Source: Antedon mediterranea (Eukaryota; Animalia; Echinodermata). Taken from it: 64,000 nucleotides of DNA. Positions 60,201 through 64,000 of this stretch are shown one piece after another; the stretch's first letter is position 1; every line of letters starts with the position of its first letter. Below the pieces are notes generated by a model. It saw nothing but the letters and a program-made list of their open reading frames with translations. It was not told where the DNA came from and made no database searches. A program made the translations under genes and the position numbers. The stretch is from contig NC_092679.1 of assembly GCF_964355755.1 (NCBI RefSeq), forward strand, positions 5,920,201 through 5,984,200, in the 5' to 3' direction.

Positions 60201-63200
60201 GACACAAGGTGAATGTACTCAGGGAAAAACTTGGGTTTTTCCCGAGTACATTCAACATTTGTTGGCTTTTGATAATGAATTCATAGTAGAAAGCTTTTTG
60301 ATGAAATACATCTTTCTTAATCCTAAGCATTTACTATGAGATCTGAATACGTTCATACCACAGGCAAATACCCAATTGTGTCAGGGGGGCAACGCACTTT
60401 GGGTTTCTATTGTTAGTTTTACAGTATTGAATACCTTTTGTCAAATACAAGTTTTGATTACACTATTGTAATGTGTAGCAAAGAATAGCTGGTGGTGTAC
60501 TACTAAAACTACCATACTGTAGGCTGTGTTAGCTTCTGTGACAAAACCAAATTCAATAATCATGGTTGAATCATAAGTGTGCCCATCAATGTGTTATACG
60601 CTATTGACTTATTCTTTGGTGTATGATGAAACAAAAACATGTAATGGTCGCATTTTTATTGCGCAAAATGTGGAAGACAAACATTGTTAGGATAGGAGTA
60701 GTTAGGCCTACCTGTAGATTCCCTCAACAACAATGAGTATTTTCTTCCATGGACGGAAGTGCTTAGGCTGACCCTTAATGACAGCCTGACGCAGTTTCTT
60801 TTCAAGGTCCTTCATATCTAAAATGATATTGATTAAGATTGAAAAACATTTTATTTCGACAGGAATTGATTTTAATAAATTTGAATCCGACAGATCGATT
60901 ATTGATATTTTTTTTCCATATATTTTATTAATTTTTAATAGCCTATAGCTAAGATTTGTACAGCGAAGTTCGTTTTTCCACAAAGGTTTTGTGGGGACGT
61001 CCAACCTTCTGACGACCATGTCTTGGATGCCATAGAAGTGTATTGCTATTCAAGTTCTTTTTCTCTCAAACAATGTCCAGCAAGGCGAAGACGCCGTTGT
61101 ATGATTGTGGAAGAGATTCGAGGCATATTTCCATATAACTGTGGTTTGGTTGGATGATCTCTCCAAGATATGTCCAAAACTGTGTATGTACCATCAAGTT
61201 TCGCTTCTAAAGCTTTTGTTAGTTATCAATAAATCCACAATATAAACAGAAGACAACAGGTAATGTATTCATACACAAAAGAAAGCGAATGTATAGAATA
61301 ATAGAGAGGTAGAGAACATACACGCAATAAGTACATTGGAACAATTATTGTCTCTGGGGATGTAGGTCTATTACTCCAGTGGGTTGAGTGACCTATAAAG
61401 CTGCTTTAGTTCACACAATTAACAAAAGGCTTCATTATCTGTATTACATAACACACACATCACACCTTAAGCGTGGTTCCCACTAGCGACGCAACTCAAG
61501 GACGTAACGCAACGCAAGTGAATTGACCAATCACAAGCGATGGCTTATTCGCTTGTGATTGCTAACTGTCTTCTATAACTTCGCTTGTCATTGGTTAAAA
61601 CGCTTGCGTTGCGTTTACGTCCTTGCGTTATGTTCTAGTGGGAACCAAGCTTTAGTGATCACTTTCAATATAATTGACAATTGTACAGCACAATCAATAT
61701 TTTGGGGTTTTTTTCATTCTTGCTGACTGTATCTTGTACCTCTAGTTATTTTAAATCCAAAGGCAAAATACTGAAAAAATGCTGTAGTTATCAGTGGCTG
61801 GATCTCAATGAAGATACAAAAAAAAAAGGGAAAAGCTATTACCGTAGTTCCTCGGGTATAATCCCACCCCCGACTTTACGATTACCTTCGCACGCAAGCA
61901 TATCCCCGGGCAAAGTCCCAGTGTATAATTTATCATTAGGACAGAGGTAGGCCTAGCTAACTAGGCCGACGTCGATTTTTTTAAAGAAATTCTCACCAAA
62001 AAATAGAGTAATTTCTCTGAATTCGGCTGTCTTAAAACTCATCAAACATTGGCCATGGTAAGTTGAATACAACTGTCGTGATGTATGTGCTTGATACTGT
62101 GACAACAACCTTAATATCATCGCCCCGATCTTCGCGTTCTGCACATCATGCATTCGCCGCACACTCGCTCGCCGTGTACATTCTGCATGCCTTGTTTACT
62201 GCATGCTTGATTACCATAAAAAAAACACCGCCCTTTATACCGACCGGAGCAGTACTGTAGTTCGTGTCACATGCAACAACATGCGATTTGCACAGAGCTC
62301 GAGCGTGGGGAATCGGGAGAGACGGAGAACTCATGAGTTATGTCGATATTATTTAGGAAGCCAGGCCCAGATCACATTTTAGGGTATTTTTTAAGTATAA
62401 ATCTGGGAGAAAATCTATACAGTAGGCATAGACCAATTAGGCCGCCTAGGCCTAGATGACCTGGCAGTCTAATGTGTAGGCCTACATCGGAATATAGCTT
62501 TAGATAGCCTAAATCGTAGCCAGAAGAAATATTGTCATTTTCAGTTCCTGCATGATGCACCGGGAAATCCGCTGGTATAGTCCCACCTCCAAAATTCGGG
62601 CAAATTTCACGTACAAGGGGGGTGGGATTATACCCGGGGAACTACGGTAATCAAGACGATAAAGTAAAACAGCCAGAAACGTTAGCAGAGCTTTCAGGCA
62701 ACACTAGCCCTTCATCAGTGCAAGTGAAGGTACTCGGACAAAGATAGATAGATTAGTTACTTTATTACTACTATTTATGTTTAGCTCTTGTTTATTTTGG
62801 TTTGTTCTTTTAATGTGTTGTTTGTATACTTTTGGTAGTTGTTATGGTTTTAGGATTCAGCACCTATTATTTGTGCCGTTATTACAAATCCAATTTGGTG
62901 GCGATAAAGGAATAATGAACATTGTTAAGTCCCACGAACATGTCAGAAAAATTTAACGACCGGTTTGATTCTGTTAAGACACAAAATCCATGTAGTCAAT
63001 GTCATCTTTTGTTGTTGTCCTTGTATGTCATTTATTATCTATTTTATTGTTATTATATTATTATTTTAATACTTAATTCCCTCCAGTATTGTCTCCATGA
63101 AAAAATCATTTTAAAAATGTTTTGTTGTTGAATATGCCATTTTGATGTTCCATAATAGTAGTCATCTTGAAAAAAAGTGTAATTTAAAGTAAAACATGGT

Positions 63201-63617
63201 CTCAGCTCAGCTCAACTGCCAGCCAATGGGTTTTGGTTGAATTTAACCTTTTTCTTTGTCTTTTTATAAGTGAAAACATTATTTTTCAGATTATTTTTCT
63301 GCGGAAGTTATTAACTTGAATAAAACTGCAAATGGCTTATTCAAAATCTGATTTTAATAATTTTAATTTTTCATGTTTTTGGGGGACAGTACATCTTTAA
63401 TTTCCTCAAACTTGATTGCCCTCCAGTCACATATCAATTCCTTTTAGTTAATTAAAGTTTATTTTGGTACTGTTAATGTTACTCTTTGTGGAAATTCAAC
63501 AACAAAAAAAGAAGAGAACTTACTGTTATGTTGGAACACTCTCACAGTAGCTCCAGACAACCGAATTCCAAGAACTAAAGAGGCATGGTTCATTTGATCA
63601 CTCAATACTAGACAATT
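57258..63617 (-). CDS. SPTLC2: Serine palmitoyltransferase 2 (LCB2), 3' part (5' exons lie beyond 64000). Exons: 63617-63524, 60817-60712, 59959-59740, 59606-59483, 59248-59113, 58000-57871, 57500-57258
   Basis: Motifs [39 protein letters not shown], the PLP-lysine motif [26 protein letters not shown] and LKYSR. GT-AG junctions with consistent phases; stop TAG at 57258-57260. Confidence 0.95.
58097..58274. repeat. ~43-bp degenerate tandem repeat
   Basis: GAGGGCTACCCTAGGG...AGCAGTGTTATAACTGA, about 4.5 copies. Confidence 0.8.
58919..58990 (+). mobile_element. Degenerate tRNA-derived SINE head
   Basis: TGGCTTGGTGG (A box) and GGTTCAACTCC (B box) at tRNA spacing, but no clean cloverleaf. Confidence 0.4.
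60965..61215 (-). mobile_element. RTE-clade LINE remnant (decayed ORF C-terminus)
   Basis: Minus-strand translation with frameshifts, [66 protein letters not shown], matches the typical RTE post-RT signature. Confidence 0.75.
61470..61651. mobile_element. PIF/Harbinger-like MITE family 2 (TIR AGCKTGGTTCCCACT); other copies at 38089-38269, 56329-56483, ~52857-52985 and partial ~17752-17880
   Basis: Near-identical ~180-bp copies with TIRs, TTA duplications and the internal palindrome CCAATCACAAGCGA...TCGCTTGTGATT. Confidence 0.75.
61842..62647. mobile_element. Tc1/pogo-like MITE
   Basis: TA-CCGTAGTTCCTCGGGTATAATCCCACCCCC...GGGGGTGGGATTATACCCGGGGAACTACGG-TA; splits a Penelope-like repeat. Confidence 0.8.
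62685..62721 (-). ncRNA. Minimal type I hammerhead ribozyme motif (second copy with intact core)
   Basis: Minus strand GCA-CTGATGA-A-GGGC(TAGTGTT)GCCT-GAAAGCTC-TGC; stem II closes with a G-U pair. Confidence 0.62.
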
Positions 63618-64000
63618 CTGAAATAAAAAAAAATATATTATAATAATTTCATCTCCTTTTTTCAGTATTTTTCATCCTAATGATTATACTTTGGAAAGAT
63701 AAATTGTGCCAGAGAAGGTTTCCAATATAGTTTAAAAACCTTCCCAGTACAATTCTGGCCATTTCAATATCTCATGGATGTGAGGTGAGCAAACTTTTTT
63801 ACTAGAAACGCTCTCCTAGATTTTCAGCTCCATATTATTCAATATTAGCTGAGCTACATATCTGTACCCCATGCATGGCATTGTATTATTATGTAAGCCA
63901 CCTTATCTATATTTATCTTTATTTATTATATATTCTTATGAATTAGATTATCTATCTTTCTCTTTGATACTATATAAAGTCATAATTACATAAACGCCAT

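Larger units (their letters stand above)
61751..62724 (-). mobile_element. Penelope-like repeat copy 4, split by a Tc1/pogo-like MITE (61842-62647)
   Basis: Reverse complement of the 4471-4644 family on both sides of the insert. Confidence 0.7.

Noticed and set aside
60210-60254. 20-bp-arm hairpin resembling a terminator or pre-miRNA
   Set aside because: It is short, intronic and probably a collapsed MITE; similar isolated inverted repeats occur at ~9302-9447 and 51350-51438, and there is no evidence of function.

Overview
AT-rich, intron-rich animal genomic DNA; the gene set and SINE types suggest a marine invertebrate, possibly an echinoderm (inference). Four spliced genes can be rebuilt by hand with GT-AG junctions and matching phases: the 5' part of a papilin/ADAMTS-like gene (minus, continues past base 1), a complete BPNT1 (minus, 7 exons, 312 aa), a complete ARMT1/DUF89 phosphatase (plus, 5 exons, 447 aa) head-to-head with BPNT1, and the 3' part of SPTLC2 (minus, 7 exons visible). 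Introns and intergenic DNA are full of non-autonomous mobile elements: Helentron-type elements, Mutator-, Harbinger-, Kolobok-, P- and Tc1/pogo-like MITEs, tRNA-derived SINEs, a 5S-rRNA-derived SINE, LINE remnants and tandem repeats. The most interesting signal is a dispersed ~170-bp retroposed repeat (5 copies or fragments) carrying a minimal type I hammerhead ribozyme of the kind found in Penelope-like elements; one copy is truncated at or next to the predicted cleavage site. Also notable are the 5S-SINE, a Helentron family carrying an antisense tRNA-like unit, and a strongly clustered TAGGCCTA motif. All coordinates were read by eye. No database search was possible, so novelty is unverified.
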